Shown here one piece after another: positions 11,339-21,300 of a stretch of DNA of 64,000 nt. The translations under genes and the position numbers were made by a program. The notes below the pieces were generated by a model that saw only the letters and a program-made list of their open reading frames with translations, did not search any database and was not told the origin of the DNA. This stretch comes from Actinomycetota bacterium (GTDB lineage: Bacteria > Actinomycetota > UBA4738 > HRBIN12), in NCBI GenBank assembly GCA_035490535.1, contig DATHCP010000010.1, forward strand, positions 1,088 through 65,087, in the 5' to 3' direction. The first letter of the stretch is position 1; each line of letters opens with the position of its first letter.

Positions 11339-14300
11339 ATGGCGTCCCTCGATCAGCGTGTCTGCTCCTCGTGCGGCGGCACGAACCCCCCGGATGCGAA
11401 GTTCTGCGCCCGGTGCGGCACCGGCCTCGCGGCCGTGTGCGGGAGCTGCGGTCACGGGAACCTCCCCGATGCGAGCTTCTGCACCGAGTGCGGCGGTCCG
11501 CTGGTGACGACGAGCGCCTCCGGATACGCATCCCCGCAGGCCTACACGCCCGCAGCCCTGGCCGAGAAGATCCGCCGGGGCGGCACCCAGCTGGAGGGAG
11601 AGCGGAAGCAGATCACCGTCCTGTTCGCCGATGTGATCGGCTCGACCGGGATCGCGGAGCGGCTGGACCCCGAGGACATGCGGACGATCCTCCACCGGTC
11701 GTTCGACGTGATGCTCGAGCAGATCCATCGCTACGAAGGCACGGTGTCCCAGTTCCTCGGAGACGGGTTGCTCGCGCTGTTCGGTGCCCCGATCGCCCAC
11801 GAAGATCACGCGCAGCGGGCCGCGCGCGCGGCGCTGGACATCCAGGCGGCCCTCGAGCCGATCCGCGAAGAGCTGCGGTCGGCCCGCGACCTCGACCTCC
11901 GTTTCCGGATCGGACTCCACAGCGGCCCCGTCGTCGTGGGCCACGTCGGCGTCGATCTTTCGATGGACTACCTGGCGGTCGGCGACACGATGAACATGGG
12001 CGCGAGGATCCAAGCCGCGGCACCGCCAGGATCGGTGGTGGTCAGCGAGGCGACGCGACAGCTGATCGAGGGCTACTTCGTCCTGCGCGACCTCGGTGAG
12101 CAGGAGTTGAAGGGCAAGGGGCGCCAGCACGTCTACGAGGTCGAACGCCCCAACCGGCTCCGCTCGCGGGTGGACATCGAGGCCGAACGGGGCCTCGGAC
12201 CGTTCGTCGGCCGCGCCCACGAGCTGACCTCGCTGCACGACGCCTTCGAACGGGCCCGCGGCGGCACGGGCCAGGTCGTCCTCGTCTCGGGAGAACCGGG
12301 GATCGGCAAGTCCCGACTGCTGCACGAGTTCCGGAGCGCGCATGCTGGCGCCGACGCTGCGTGGCGGGTGGGCCGATGCATCTCCTACGGGACCGACATC
12401 CCATACCTCCCGATCATCGACGTGCTCAAGGACGCGTACCGGATCGACGAGGCAGACGACGACGAAGCGGTCGCGCAGAAGGTGCGTGAAGGTGTGCGGC
12501 TATCCGGAGCGGACCCCGGCGTCGCTCCGCTGCTGGTCGATCTCCTCGACGCAGGTGACGGGGCGGCGCCGCAGATGGATCCGCAGTTCCGCAAGGCGCG
12601 GACGTTCGAGGCGCTCCGCACCGTGGCGCTCACGGCGGCCGCCCATCGGCCGCTCGTGCTCACGATCGAGGACGCTCACTGGATCGACCCGGCCTCGACC
12701 GAGTACCTCTCGTTCCTGATCGAGGCGATCCCGGATCATCGGATCCTGCTCCTGCTCTCGCACCGTCCCGGATGGCTGCAGCCGTTCGGCGACGCTCCCC
12801 ACCTGCAGACGATCGGCCTGCGGAGCCTCTCGAACGTCGAGACGGTCGAGGTCGCGAGCGCGGTCGTCGGCGCATCGCTCCCCACGGAGCTGGAGGATCT
12901 CGTGTTCCGCAAGGCGGACGGGAACCCCTTCTTCGTCGAGGAGGTGACGAAGTCCCTGATCGAGGCCGACGCGATCCGGCGCGACGGCGACGGGTACGTG
13001 CTGACGCGCCCGCTCGCGGACCTCGACGTCCCGGACACGGTGCAGGACGTGATCATGGCCCGGCTGGATCGGCTCCCCGACGAGCCCAAGCGCGCGCTGC
13101 AGACGGCATCGGTGATCGGGCGGGAGTTCACGCTGCGGCTGTGGGAGCGCAGCGCGGACATCTCCGCGTCCTCGGGGGACGTCCGCGAGCTGCGCTCCCT
13201 CGAGCTCATCTTCGAACGGTCGCTCTACCCCGAGCTCGTCTACATGTTCAAGCACGCGCTCACCCACGACGTCGCCTACCAGAGCCTCTTACTGGAGCGA
13301 CGGAGGATCCTGCACGGCGTCGTGGCCGACGCGATCGCCGAGCTGTATGCGGACCGGCTGGCGGAGCAGGTCGAGACGCTCGCGTACCACTACGAGCGGG
13401 CCGAGCGCTGGGACGAGGCGCTCGACCACCTGATCCTTTCCGGCGAGAAGGCGATGACGAACTTCATGCCGCACGAGGCCGTCGGCTTCTTCGAACGGGC
13501 CGACGCGATCGTGCAGGCGGGGCACGCTGAGGTCGACCCCCAACGCCTGATGACGATGTACCAGCAGCAGGGAGACGCCTACCTCGAGATGAGCGTATGG
13601 GATCGCAGCGCCGCCAGCTTCCAGGCGATGCGGGAGGTGGCGCAGCGGGAAGGGGACGCCGATCGGGAGGGATTCGCCTTCTACTCGGAGTCGTTCGCGC
13701 AGCTGTGGGGCCATCGGTTCGAGGAGGCGTTGACGCTGGCCGAGGCGGCGGAGCGATCCGTGGAAGGATCGGGGAACCCGGCCGTCCGAGCCGGGGCCGC
13801 CGTGATGATCGCGCTCGTCCGCGCCCTGACCGGCGAGTTGATCGAGGCGACCGGGTTCGCGGAGGACGCGAAACGTCTTGCCGACGACGCCGACGCCTCG
13901 TTCATCCGTGGGCTCGCGCGGTGCACGCTCGGCGAGCTCCTCCACTGGCGCGGACGCGAGGACGACGCGCTCGCGGCCGTCTCCGAAGCCCTCGAGCTGG
14001 GCCGAGCCGAGGAGATCCCGTACCTGCTCCTCTGGGGCGGCTGGGACGACGCGTTGATGCGGTGCGGATCGGGCGATTACGACGGATCCCTCGCGGCGCT
14101 CCGCGAGGTCCTGGCGCTGAGCAAGCAGCTGGGCGACCGGGCCCTCTGGTGTCGGACCCTGAACACGTTCGGCTGGGTGTACATCGACCTGTGCAACTGG
14201 GAGCTGGCGCTCGACCACAACGGCCGCGGCGCCGAGGCGTCGAGGGAGTTCGGCGACCCCGAGATCATCCGCAACGCCGAGCTCAATCTGGCCGATTGTC

Positions 14301-14833
14301 ACCTCGCGACCGGCGAGCTCGAGGAGGCCGAGCGGCTCCTCGAAGGGGTGCAGGAGGCCTCCCGTGCCAGCGGCACCTGGGGTGAGGAATGGATGAAGTG
14401 GCGCTATTCCCAGCACACGGACGCGAGCCTCGCCGAGCTTCGGCTCGCCCAAGGGGATCTGTCGCGCGCGCGCCATCACGCCGATCGATGCATCGCGGCG
14501 GCGGAGGCCACCGATTCGAAGCGGAACGTCGTGAAGGGGCGGCGCGCGTCGGCCCGGATCGCCCTCCGTGAGGGGCGGCTCGACGACGCCGATCGCGAGC
14601 TCGCGCGCGCGGCGGAGATCGCACGGGCGATCGGGAACCCCGCACAGCTTTGGACGACGCTGGCGGCGCTCGGTGATCTCCGCGACGCGCAGGGCCGGGT
14701 GGACGAAGCCCGGGCGGCACGGAGGGAGGCGATCGACGTGATCGACCGCGTCGCTGCGAACCTCGCCGACCCGGGCATCCGCGACACGTTCCTGCGATCC
14801 CCGCAGGTGACAGCGATCCGCGAGGCGGCCTGA
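11339..14833 (+). CDS. double zinc-ribbon / class III adenylate-guanylate cyclase / STAND (AAA) NTPase / TPR signalling protein
   Basis: CSSCGG..CARCG and CGSCGH..CTECG ribbons; cyclase core ITVLFADVIGST...FLGDGLLALFGAP...DTMNMGARI; Walker A VLVSGEPGIGKSRL; long helical TPR-like C-terminus. Confidence 0.8.
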   Translation: MASLDQRVCSSCGGTNPPDAKFCARCGTGLAAVCGSCGHGNLPDASFCTECGGPLVTTSASGYASPQAYTPAALAEKIRRGGTQLEGERKQITVLFADVIGSTGIAERLDPEDMRTILHRSFDVMLEQIHRYEGTVSQFLGDGLLALFGAPIAHEDHAQRAARAALDIQAALEPIREELRSARDLDLRFRIGLHSGPVVVGHVGVDLSMDYLAVGDTMNMGARIQAAAPPGSVVVSEATRQLIEGYFVLRDLGEQELKGKGRQHVYEVERPNRLRSRVDIEAERGLGPFVGRAHELTSLHDAFERARGGTGQVVLVSGEPGIGKSRLLHEFRSAHAGADAAWRVGRCISYGTDIPYLPIIDVLKDAYRIDEADDDEAVAQKVREGVRLSGADPGVAPLLVDLLDAGDGAAPQMDPQFRKARTFEALRTVALTAAAHRPLVLTIEDAHWIDPASTEYLSFLIEAIPDHRILLLLSHRPGWLQPFGDAPHLQTIGLRSLSNVETVEVASAVVGASLPTELEDLVFRKADGNPFFVEEVTKSLIEADAIRRDGDGYVLTRPLADLDVPDTVQDVIMARLDRLPDEPKRALQTASVIGREFTLRLWERSADISASSGDVRELRSLELIFERSLYPELVYMFKHALTHDVAYQSLLLERRRILHGVVADAIAELYADRLAEQVETLAYHYERAERWDEALDHLILSGEKAMTNFMPHEAVGFFERADAIVQAGHAEVDPQRLMTMYQQQGDAYLEMSVWDRSAASFQAMREVAQREGDADREGFAFYSESFAQLWGHRFEEALTLAEAAERSVEGSGNPAVRAGAAVMIALVRALTGELIEATGFAEDAKRLADDADASFIRGLARCTLGELLHWRGREDDALAAVSEALELGRAEEIPYLLLWGGWDDALMRCGSGDYDGSLAALREVLALSKQLGDRALWCRTLNTFGWVYIDLCNWELALDHNGRGAEASREFGDPEIIRNAELNLADCHLATGELEEAERLLEGVQEASRASGTWGEEWMKWRYSQHTDASLAELRLAQGDLSRARHHADRCIAAAEATDSKRNVVKGRRASARIALREGRLDDADRELARAAEIARAIGNPAQLWTTLAALGDLRDAQGRVDEARAARREAIDVIDRVAANLADPGIRDTFLRSPQVTAIREAA

Positions 14834-14835
14834 GC

Positions 14836-15780
14836 TCAGATCCCTCTCAGGTAGGCGACCGTCTCGGCAAGGCCGTCCTCGAGATGGGTCCACGGCTTCC
14901 ACGCCAGGGCCGAGGACGCGCTGGCGATGTCGAGGGCGCTGCGCCGCAGCTCGCCCGGCGGCAGCGGCCCCTGCTGCGGCTCCCCCGTGAAGCCGATGAT
15001 CTCCGCGAGCAGCCGGTAGAGGCCGTTGACGCTCGTCTCCAGGCCGGTGCCGATGTTCACGAGCTTGCCCGAGCCCCGGTCGATCGCCTGGACGAAGGCG
15101 TGCACGACGTCGTCGATGAACACGTAGTCGCGGGTCTGGTTGCCGTCGCCGTAGATCGTGGGCGCCTCGCCGCCGAGCATCTTGCCCGCGAAGATCGAGA
15201 TCACCCCGGCCTCCCCCGCCGGGTCCTGACGCGGGCCATAGACGTTGGCCAGCGCGAGCGCCGTGAAATCGAGGCCCCGGTAGCGGTGGAAGAACGAGAG
15301 GTAGTCGATCGCGACCTTCTTCGAGATCCCGTAGGGGCTGAGCGGATGCGAGCCCTGGGCCGAGGACTCCTTCGCCGGGAGGCGGCGCGGCTCCCCGTAC
15401 ATCGTTCCGCCGCTCGCCGCGTAGACCACCTTCTGCGTGCCGACCTTCGCCGCGCACGAGAGCACGTTCAGCGTGCCCATCACGTTGACGGCGGCGTCGT
15501 AGACGGGATCATCGAGCGAGGGCCGGACGCCCTGCTGCGCGGCGAGGTGGAACACGATCTCCGGCTTGTGCCGTTCGAACAGCGGCTCGAGCCCGTCGGC
15601 GCGCACGTCCATGTTGAAGAACGTGTAGGCCTTGCCGTAGCCGCGCGCCTCGCCGAGGTTCGCGATCCGGCCGTTGGAGAGGTCGTCGACCGCGACGACC
15701 CGATGGTCCTCGGCCAGGAGTCGGTCGGCCAGGTTCGAGCCGATGAACCCGGCGCCCCCGGTCACCAGGACGGTCGTCAC
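14836..15780 (-). CDS. NAD-dependent epimerase/dehydratase (GalE-like)
   Basis: VLVTGGAGFIGSNL, YAASGGTMYG, SPYGISK (YxxxK); GTG start overlaps tsaD stop (GTGA). Confidence 0.8.
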   Translation of the reverse strand: MTTVLVTGGAGFIGSNLADRLLAEDHRVVAVDDLSNGRIANLGEARGYGKAYTFFNMDVRADGLEPLFERHKPEIVFHLAAQQGVRPSLDDPVYDAAVNVMGTLNVLSCAAKVGTQKVVYAASGGTMYGEPRRLPAKESSAQGSHPLSPYGISKKVAIDYLSFFHRYRGLDFTALALANVYGPRQDPAGEAGVISIFAGKMLGGEAPTIYGDGNQTRDYVFIDDVVHAFVQAIDRGSGKLVNIGTGLETSVNGLYRLLAEIIGFTGEPQQGPLPPGELRRSALDIASASSALAWKPWTHLEDGLAETVAYLRGI

Positions 15781-16781
15781 GCGGGCAACTGTAGGTTCGG
15801 GTCCGCGGCGATGTCCAACGCGGTCCGCTCGCCGCGCTCGAGCCGCGCCGCGCCCACCGCGGCGATCATCGCGGCGTTGTCGGTGCACAGCTCGAGCGGC
15901 GGGATCCGCACCTCGAAGCCGGCCGCCTCCCCCTCGGCGCGCAGCCGCTCGCGCAGCCGGGTGTTCGCGACCACGCCGCCGCCCAGCAGGATCGTCGGCG
16001 CCGCCACCTCCCGGGCGGCGGCGATCGTCTTGGAGACCTGGACGTCGACGATCGCCTCCTGGAACGAGGCGGCAAGGTCCGGCACGTCGATCTCGCGTCC
16101 GGCGGCCTGCTCGGCGCGCACGTACCGCAGCACCGCGGTCTTCAGCCCGCTCATCGAGAAGTCCAGGTCGCCGGAGGCCTCCATCGGCCGGGGGAACGCG
16201 ATCGCGGCCGGATCGCCATCCTTCGCGGCCCGGTCGAGCGCCGGGCCGCCCGGGAACCCGAGCCCCAGCAGCCGAGCCACCTTGTCGAAGGCCTCGCCGG
16301 CCGCGTCGTCGAGCGTCTGCCCGACGATCCGGTGCGAGAACAGCCGCTCGACGTGGACCAGCATCGTGTGCCCGCCCGAGACGATCAGCGCCACGAACGG
16401 CGGCCGGGGCGGGTCGGCCTCGACGAAGTTCGCCCAGTAGTGGCCCTCGAGGTGGTTCACGCCGATCAGCGGGGCGCCGGTCGCGAGCGCGAGCGCCTTC
16501 GCCGAGGCCATGCCCACCAACAGCGCGCCCACCAGGCCGGGGCCGACCGTGACGGCGACCCCGTCCACCTCCCCGAGACCGACGCCGGCGCGCTCGAGCG
16601 CGGTCGCGAGCAGCGGGTTCAGCGCCTCGACGTGCGCGCGGGCCGCGATCTCGGGCACGACACCGCCGAAGCGCTCGTGGAGGTGCTCCTGGCGCGCGAT
16701 CAGGTTCGCGCGGAGCGTCCCGTCCTCGAGCACCGCGACCGCGGTCTCATCGCACGAGGTCTCGATGCCGAGCGTGATCAC
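15777..16781 (-). CDS. tsaD: tRNA N6-adenosine threonylcarbamoyltransferase TsaD
   Basis: ITLGIETSCDETAVAV...VNHLEGH...LIVSGGHT; GTG start overlaps rimI stop. Confidence 0.9.
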   Translation of the reverse strand: MITLGIETSCDETAVAVLEDGTLRANLIARQEHLHERFGGVVPEIAARAHVEALNPLLATALERAGVGLGEVDGVAVTVGPGLVGALLVGMASAKALALATGAPLIGVNHLEGHYWANFVEADPPRPPFVALIVSGGHTMLVHVERLFSHRIVGQTLDDAAGEAFDKVARLLGLGFPGGPALDRAAKDGDPAAIAFPRPMEASGDLDFSMSGLKTAVLRYVRAEQAAGREIDVPDLAASFQEAIVDVQVSKTIAAAREVAAPTILLGGGVVANTRLRERLRAEGEAAGFEVRIPPLELCTDNAAMIAAVGAARLERGERTALDIAADPNLQLPA

Positions 16782-17329
16782 CCCGGCCGGAGCCCCTCCG
16801 CGAGCGTGGCGACGATCGCGTCGATCCGCTCGCGGTAGGCCGCGTCGCGGATGTCGTCGGTCCACATGATCAGCGCGTCCTCGCGGAGCTCCGCGTAGTA
16901 GTTGCGCCGGATCCCGACCGGATGGAAGCCGAAGCGCGCGTAGAGGCGCTGCGCGCGCCAGTTCGTCACGCGCACCTCGAGCGACACCGCCTGCCCTCCC
17001 ATCGCCCGGGCAGCGAGCAGCTGCTCGTACAGGAGCCGGTGCGCGATGCCGTGGCCCTGGAGCATCGGATCGACGGCGATGTTCGTGACGTGGGCCTCCT
17101 CGCCGTAGCAGATCAGCCCCGCGTAGCCGACGATGTCACGATCGATCCGCGCCACCAGGTAGTTGCGGTTGCTCGGCTCGGTCATCTCCGCGACGAACAG
17201 GTTGGGCGACCACGGGCGTGCGTAGGCCTGCCGCTCGATCGCCATCACGCCGCGCAGGTGCCGGCGGCGCATCCGGGCGACCTCGAGCCTAGGCGCCCCG
17301 GGCTCGGCGATCCCACGCGATCTCAGCAT
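16778..17329 (-). CDS. rimI: ribosomal-protein-alanine N-acetyltransferase RimI
   Basis: IERQAYARPWS...NIAVDPMLQGHGIAHRLL GNAT motifs; 5' end uncertain (ATG 17329 overlaps tsaB by 41 nt; alternative GTG ~17281). Confidence 0.75.
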   Translation of the reverse strand: MLRSRGIAEPGAPRLEVARMRRRHLRGVMAIERQAYARPWSPNLFVAEMTEPSNRNYLVARIDRDIVGYAGLICYGEEAHVTNIAVDPMLQGHGIAHRLLYEQLLAARAMGGQAVSLEVRVTNWRAQRLYARFGFHPVGIRRNYYAELREDALIMWTDDIRDAAYRERIDAIVATLAEGLRPG

Positions 17330-17990
17330 CCGTCTTCCTCAGGTACAAGGGGACCACGTCGAAGACGCGGTCGTGCTCCTCACGGAGGAACCGCGGCGCG
17401 GCGAGCTCGACGAGCGAGGCCGCGTCGGGGTGCGCGACGGCCCCCGGTGCGATCCCGATCCGCGCTCCGATCTCCTGCAGGACATCCGCGTACAGGATGG
17501 CACCGTCCCCGACGGCCAGCACCTCGCCCGGCAGGGCCTGGAGCTCGGCCGCAAGGTGCTCGGGGTCCTGCACCACGAAGTCGGTCTCCCGCAGCACCCC
17601 GCCCGGCACCGGCCGGTACAGGGCGCTGAAGACCTCGCCCCGGCGACCGTCGATCACCGCGGCGATCGTCCGGTGGGTGAAGCGGACCGCGTAGGCCAGG
17701 GCATCGAGGCTCGGGATCCCCAGGATCGGTGCCGCGGTCGCCTGGGCCAGGGTCTTCGCCGTCACGACCCCGACCCGCAGGCCCGTGAACAGCCCCGGCC
17801 CGATCCCGACCGCGAACCCCCCGACCTGGCCGAGCTCGACGCCCGTCCAGTGCAGGAGCTGGTCGAGGGCCGGCGTGACGGCCTCTTGCCGCGCGGTCCC
17901 CGCCACCTGGATCCGGCCCAGGATCCGTTGCTCGGTGCCGATCGCGACCGACGTCTGCGGCGTCGAGGTCTCGATCCCCACGACGATCAC
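17289..17990 (-). CDS. tsaB: tRNA threonylcarbamoyladenosine biosynthesis protein TsaB
   Basis: VIVVGIETSTPQTSVAI... inactive Kae1/YeaZ fold; GTG start in GTGA overlap with tsaE stop. Confidence 0.8.
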   Translation of the reverse strand: MIVVGIETSTPQTSVAIGTEQRILGRIQVAGTARQEAVTPALDQLLHWTGVELGQVGGFAVGIGPGLFTGLRVGVVTAKTLAQATAAPILGIPSLDALAYAVRFTHRTIAAVIDGRRGEVFSALYRPVPGGVLRETDFVVQDPEHLAAELQALPGEVLAVGDGAILYADVLQEIGARIGIAPGAVAHPDAASLVELAAPRFLREEHDRVFDVVPLYLRKTDAEIAWDRRARGA

Positions 17991-18484
17991 GGCGCCCTCC
18001 AGGGCAGGAGTGCGAGCTCGAGGTCGTCGGCCCTCGCCACCCACGTCGGAGCCTCGGAGGAGAACGCGATCCGCCGGGTCTCGTCGGCGCCGGTCGGGTC
18101 GATCCCGCTCAGCTCCACCCGCACGCGGTCCTGAGGCAGGAGATCCCCGACCGCGTCGCCCCACTCGACCAGCAGGACGCAGTCGCCGCCCTCCAGCTCC
18201 TCGAGCGCCAGGTCCACCACGTCCTGGACACGCTCGAGCCGGTACACGTCAACGTGGGCGAGCGGCAGCCGTCCGCTCACGTATTCACGTACGAGCGTGA
18301 ACGTCGGCGAGGCGACGTGCTCGGTCGCGCCGAGGCCGCGCGCGATCCCTTGGACGAACGTCGTCTTGCCGGCGCCGAGCTCCCCGGTCAGCACGACCAC
18401 GTCGTGCAGCCGCAGCAGCGGCGCCAGCGCCTCCCCGACCGCGCGCGTGTCCCCGGCGGTCGCCGTGCGGACCTCGACCTCCAC
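17987..18484 (-). CDS. tsaE: tRNA threonylcarbamoyladenosine biosynthesis ATPase TsaE
   Basis: VVVLTGELGAGKTTFVQGIARGLG P-loop, SPTFTLVREY. Confidence 0.8.
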   Translation of the reverse strand: MEVEVRTATAGDTRAVGEALAPLLRLHDVVVLTGELGAGKTTFVQGIARGLGATEHVASPTFTLVREYVSGRLPLAHVDVYRLERVQDVVDLALEELEGGDCVLLVEWGDAVGDLLPQDRVRVELSGIDPTGADETRRIAFSSEAPTWVARADDLELALLPWRAP

Positions 18485-18485
18485 C

Positions 18486-19154
18486 TCAGAAGAGCTCCAG
18501 CTGTTCCTCGTCCGGAACGACGACGACCGTTCCGTCCGGGGCCTGCGCCGCGGCCCGCGCCGGTGGCAGCTGCACCGCCGCGGGCGCGGCGGGGGCGTCC
18601 AGGGTCGCGCGGATCAGTCGGAAGTCGTCCTGGAGGTCCTGGAACTGCCGGCTCCGCTCTCCGCCCCCGTGCAGGATCGCCGCCGGATGGAACGTCGGGA
18701 TCACCCGGCGGCCGTGCCACGGATAGACGCAGCCGCGCATCGACGTGATCCCCCGCGGCGTCTCCAGCACGAACTTCGTCGCGAAGTTCCCGAGCGTCAC
18801 GATCACGGTGGGCTGCACGATCGAGATCGTCTCGACGAGCCACGGGGTGCACGCCTCGATCTCGTCGGGCAGCGGATCGCGGTTGCCCGGCGGCCGGCAC
18901 CGGAGCACGTTCGCGATGTAGACGTCCTCGCGCCGCAGGCCGATCTCGCCGAGCATCCGGGTCAGGAGCTGGCCTGCGGCGCCCACGAACGGCTCGCCCT
19001 GCCGATCTTCGTGCAGCCCGGGCGCCTCCCCGATGAACAGCAGGTCGGCGGCCGGATCGCCCACGCCGAAGACCACCTGGGTGCGGCTCTCGGCCAGGCG
19101 GCACCGCGTGCACCCGGCGGCCTCGGCCGCGACCTCCGCGAGCGTGCGGGTCAC
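18486..19154 (-). CDS. udg: uracil-DNA glycosylase, family 4 (Fe-S type)
   Basis: [50 protein letters not shown]. Confidence 0.8.
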   Translation of the reverse strand: MTRTLAEVAAEAAGCTRCRLAESRTQVVFGVGDPAADLLFIGEAPGLHEDRQGEPFVGAAGQLLTRMLGEIGLRREDVYIANVLRCRPPGNRDPLPDEIEACTPWLVETISIVQPTVIVTLGNFATKFVLETPRGITSMRGCVYPWHGRRVIPTFHPAAILHGGGERSRQFQDLQDDFRLIRATLDAPAAPAAVQLPPARAAAQAPDGTVVVVPDEEQLELF

Positions 19155-20197
19155 GTCGGCTCGCCCCCCGCCGGCTTCCGGCGGCGCTTCGGCTTCGGTG
19201 CCTCCAGGACCGAGCGGGCGAAGGCCGCGAGCTCCCGTTCGAGCAGGTCCGGTCCGTCGAGCATCGGGATGTGTCCGGCGCCCTCCAGGACCACGAGCCG
19301 GCCCTCGGGCAGTGCCGCCGCGAGCGCCACGGCCGCTGCCGGCGGCGTCACGCGGTCCTCCTCGCCGACCAGCACGAGCGCCGGCACCCGCACGCGCGGC
19401 GCGGCGTGGCGCAGGTCCATCTCCATCAGCTCCGGCAGCGTGTCGGTCCAGACCTCCGACGGCGTGCTGCGCGCGAGGCCCACCACGTGGTCGACGACCG
19501 GCTTCGGCGTGTCGGGCCCGAACTGCGTCAGGCGCGTGACGACGCCGCCCACGTCGACCGGGCTCGCGAGGACCGCGCGTCGGACACGGTCGACGCGCAG
19601 CGCCGCGGTCTGGATCGAGCCGAACCTCGGCCGGAGCAGGCCGGTGACCGAGCCCATCGCGCCGCGGAGCAGGTCCGAGGCGGCGGCGCCGATCAGCGCG
19701 ATCCCGGCGATCCGCGGCCCGAACAGCTCCGGGCGCTGCTCCGCGAGCGCGAGGATCGCCATCGCGCCCATCGAGTGGCCGACGACGATCGCCGGCCGCT
19801 CCGGCGAGACGTCGTCGAGCACCGCGGCCACGTCACGGCCCATCGCGCGCAACGTCAGGTCGCCGGTGGCGGGGCGTTCGCTCGCGCCGTGGGAGCGGAA
19901 GTCCATCGTGACCACCCGCGCCTCGCGTGCGAGCTCCGGCCACACGCGGCACCACACCGACATGTCCAGGCTGAAGCCGTGCGCCAGCAGGATCACCGGC
20001 GCCGCCGGGTCACCGGCCGCGCGCACCGCCAGGCCCGTGCCGTCGAAGGACGCCACCGAGCCGAGGTCTTCGGGCGGCAGATCGCCGATCGGGCCGAGAT
20101 CGTGGCCGCGATGGCGGCGCGCGACGATGCCGCCGACCATCCCGGCCGCGAGGCCGGCGGCGATCCCCGCGCCGATCACCGCGGAGCGCCGCCTCAT
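19151..20197 (-). CDS. alpha/beta-fold hydrolase
   Basis: LLAHGFSLD, nucleophile elbow [10 protein letters not shown]-terminal GAGHIP; ATGA overlaps at both ends. Confidence 0.7.
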   Translation of the reverse strand: MRRRSAVIGAGIAAGLAAGMVGGIVARRHRGHDLGPIGDLPPEDLGSVASFDGTGLAVRAAGDPAAPVILLAHGFSLDMSVWCRVWPELAREARVVTMDFRSHGASERPATGDLTLRAMGRDVAAVLDDVSPERPAIVVGHSMGAMAILALAEQRPELFGPRIAGIALIGAAASDLLRGAMGSVTGLLRPRFGSIQTAALRVDRVRRAVLASPVDVGGVVTRLTQFGPDTPKPVVDHVVGLARSTPSEVWTDTLPELMEMDLRHAAPRVRVPALVLVGEEDRVTPPAAAVALAAALPEGRLVVLEGAGHIPMLDGPDLLERELAAFARSVLEAPKPKRRRKPAGGEPT

Positions 20198-21300
20198 CCG
20201 ACGTGCTCCCGCGGCACCCGCGCCCCGATCCGTGTGACGATCTCATAGGCGATCGTGCCGGCCCACGCGCCCACCTCGGCCGCGGTGATCGTGGCGCCGC
20301 CCTGCTCGCCGATCAACACGACCTCGTCCCCGGCGTGGACCTCCTCGTCGCCGCAGTCGACCAGCAGTTGATCCATCGTGATCGTGCCGGCGACCGGCAT
20401 CCGCCGGCCGCGGATCAGCACCCGAGCGCTCCCCGATGCGGGGCGCGGATAGCCGTCGGCGTAGCCGACGGGCACGGTCGCGATCGTGGCTTCGTTCGCC
20501 AGCTCGTAGCGCAGCCCGTAGCTCAGCCGCTCGCCGGCGGGCAGGCGCTTCGTCATCGCGACGGCCGAGCGCCACGACAGCGCGGGCCGGAGCCCTGCAT
20601 CCTCCCCCACCCCCGGGGCCGGCGGGATCCCGTACAGGGCGATGCCGGGACGGACCAGGTCGAAGCGCGCCTCCGGATGGCACAGCACCGCCGCGCTGTT
20701 CGACGCGTGCACGTACCGCGGCCGCACGCCCCGGGCGCGGGCGGCATCGAGCACGCCGGTGAACCGCTCCAGCTGGGTGGCCGTCACGGACGCATCGTCC
20801 TCGCTGCGGGCCAGGTGCGTCCACACCCCCTCGACCTCGAGCCCCGCCGCCAGGACCGCGGTCAGGAAGGCCGGAGCCTCCTCGGGGGGCCACACGCCCA
20901 CCCGATGCATGCCGGTATCCAGCTTCACGTGCACCCCGACGGGGCCGCGGGCCGCCGCCGCGAGCCGGGCGAGCCCGTCCGGGGTGTACACGGTGGGCGT
21001 CAGTCGATGCGCCAGCGCGACGGCCTCGGAGCCCGGTGGGAACTCCGAGAGCACGAGGATCGGGGCCTCGATCCCGGCCAGGCGGAGCTCGAGACCCTCC
21101 TCGACCAGGGCGACGCCGGCCCAGGTGGCGCCGGCCTCGAGCGCGGCCCGCGCGACCGGCACCGCGCCGTGCCCGTAGGCGTTCGCCTTCACGACCGCCA
21201 TCAGCTCGGCGCCGGGGGGTCGCAGGACCGAGACGTTGTGTCGGATCGCGGCGAGGTCCACCTCGGCGCGCGTGGGGCGGAACCGAGCGGGATCGGTCAC
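20194..21300 (-). CDS. alr: alanine racemase
   Basis: AVVKANAYGHG PLP-Lys motif; GTG start in GTGA overlap with nnr stop. Confidence 0.9.
   Translation of the reverse strand: MTDPARFRPTRAEVDLAAIRHNVSVLRPPGAELMAVVKANAYGHGAVPVARAALEAGATWAGVALVEEGLELRLAGIEAPILVLSEFPPGSEAVALAHRLTPTVYTPDGLARLAAAARGPVGVHVKLDTGMHRVGVWPPEEAPAFLTAVLAAGLEVEGVWTHLARSEDDASVTATQLERFTGVLDAARARGVRPRYVHASNSAAVLCHPEARFDLVRPGIALYGIPPAPGVGEDAGLRPALSWRSAVAMTKRLPAGERLSYGLRYELANEATIATVPVGYADGYPRPASGSARVLIRGRRMPVAGTITMDQLLVDCGDEEVHAGDEVVLIGEQGGATITAAEVGAWAGTIAYEIVTRIGARVPREHVG

Noticed and set aside
13289-15457. 722-aa minus-strand ORF overlapping the AC-STAND gene and the epimerase
   Set aside because: It is antisense to, or out of frame with, well-supported genes. 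The translation is an Arg/Gly/Pro-rich artefact.
18297-20237. 646-aa plus-strand ORF
   Set aside because: It is antisense to the tsaE, udg and hydrolase genes.
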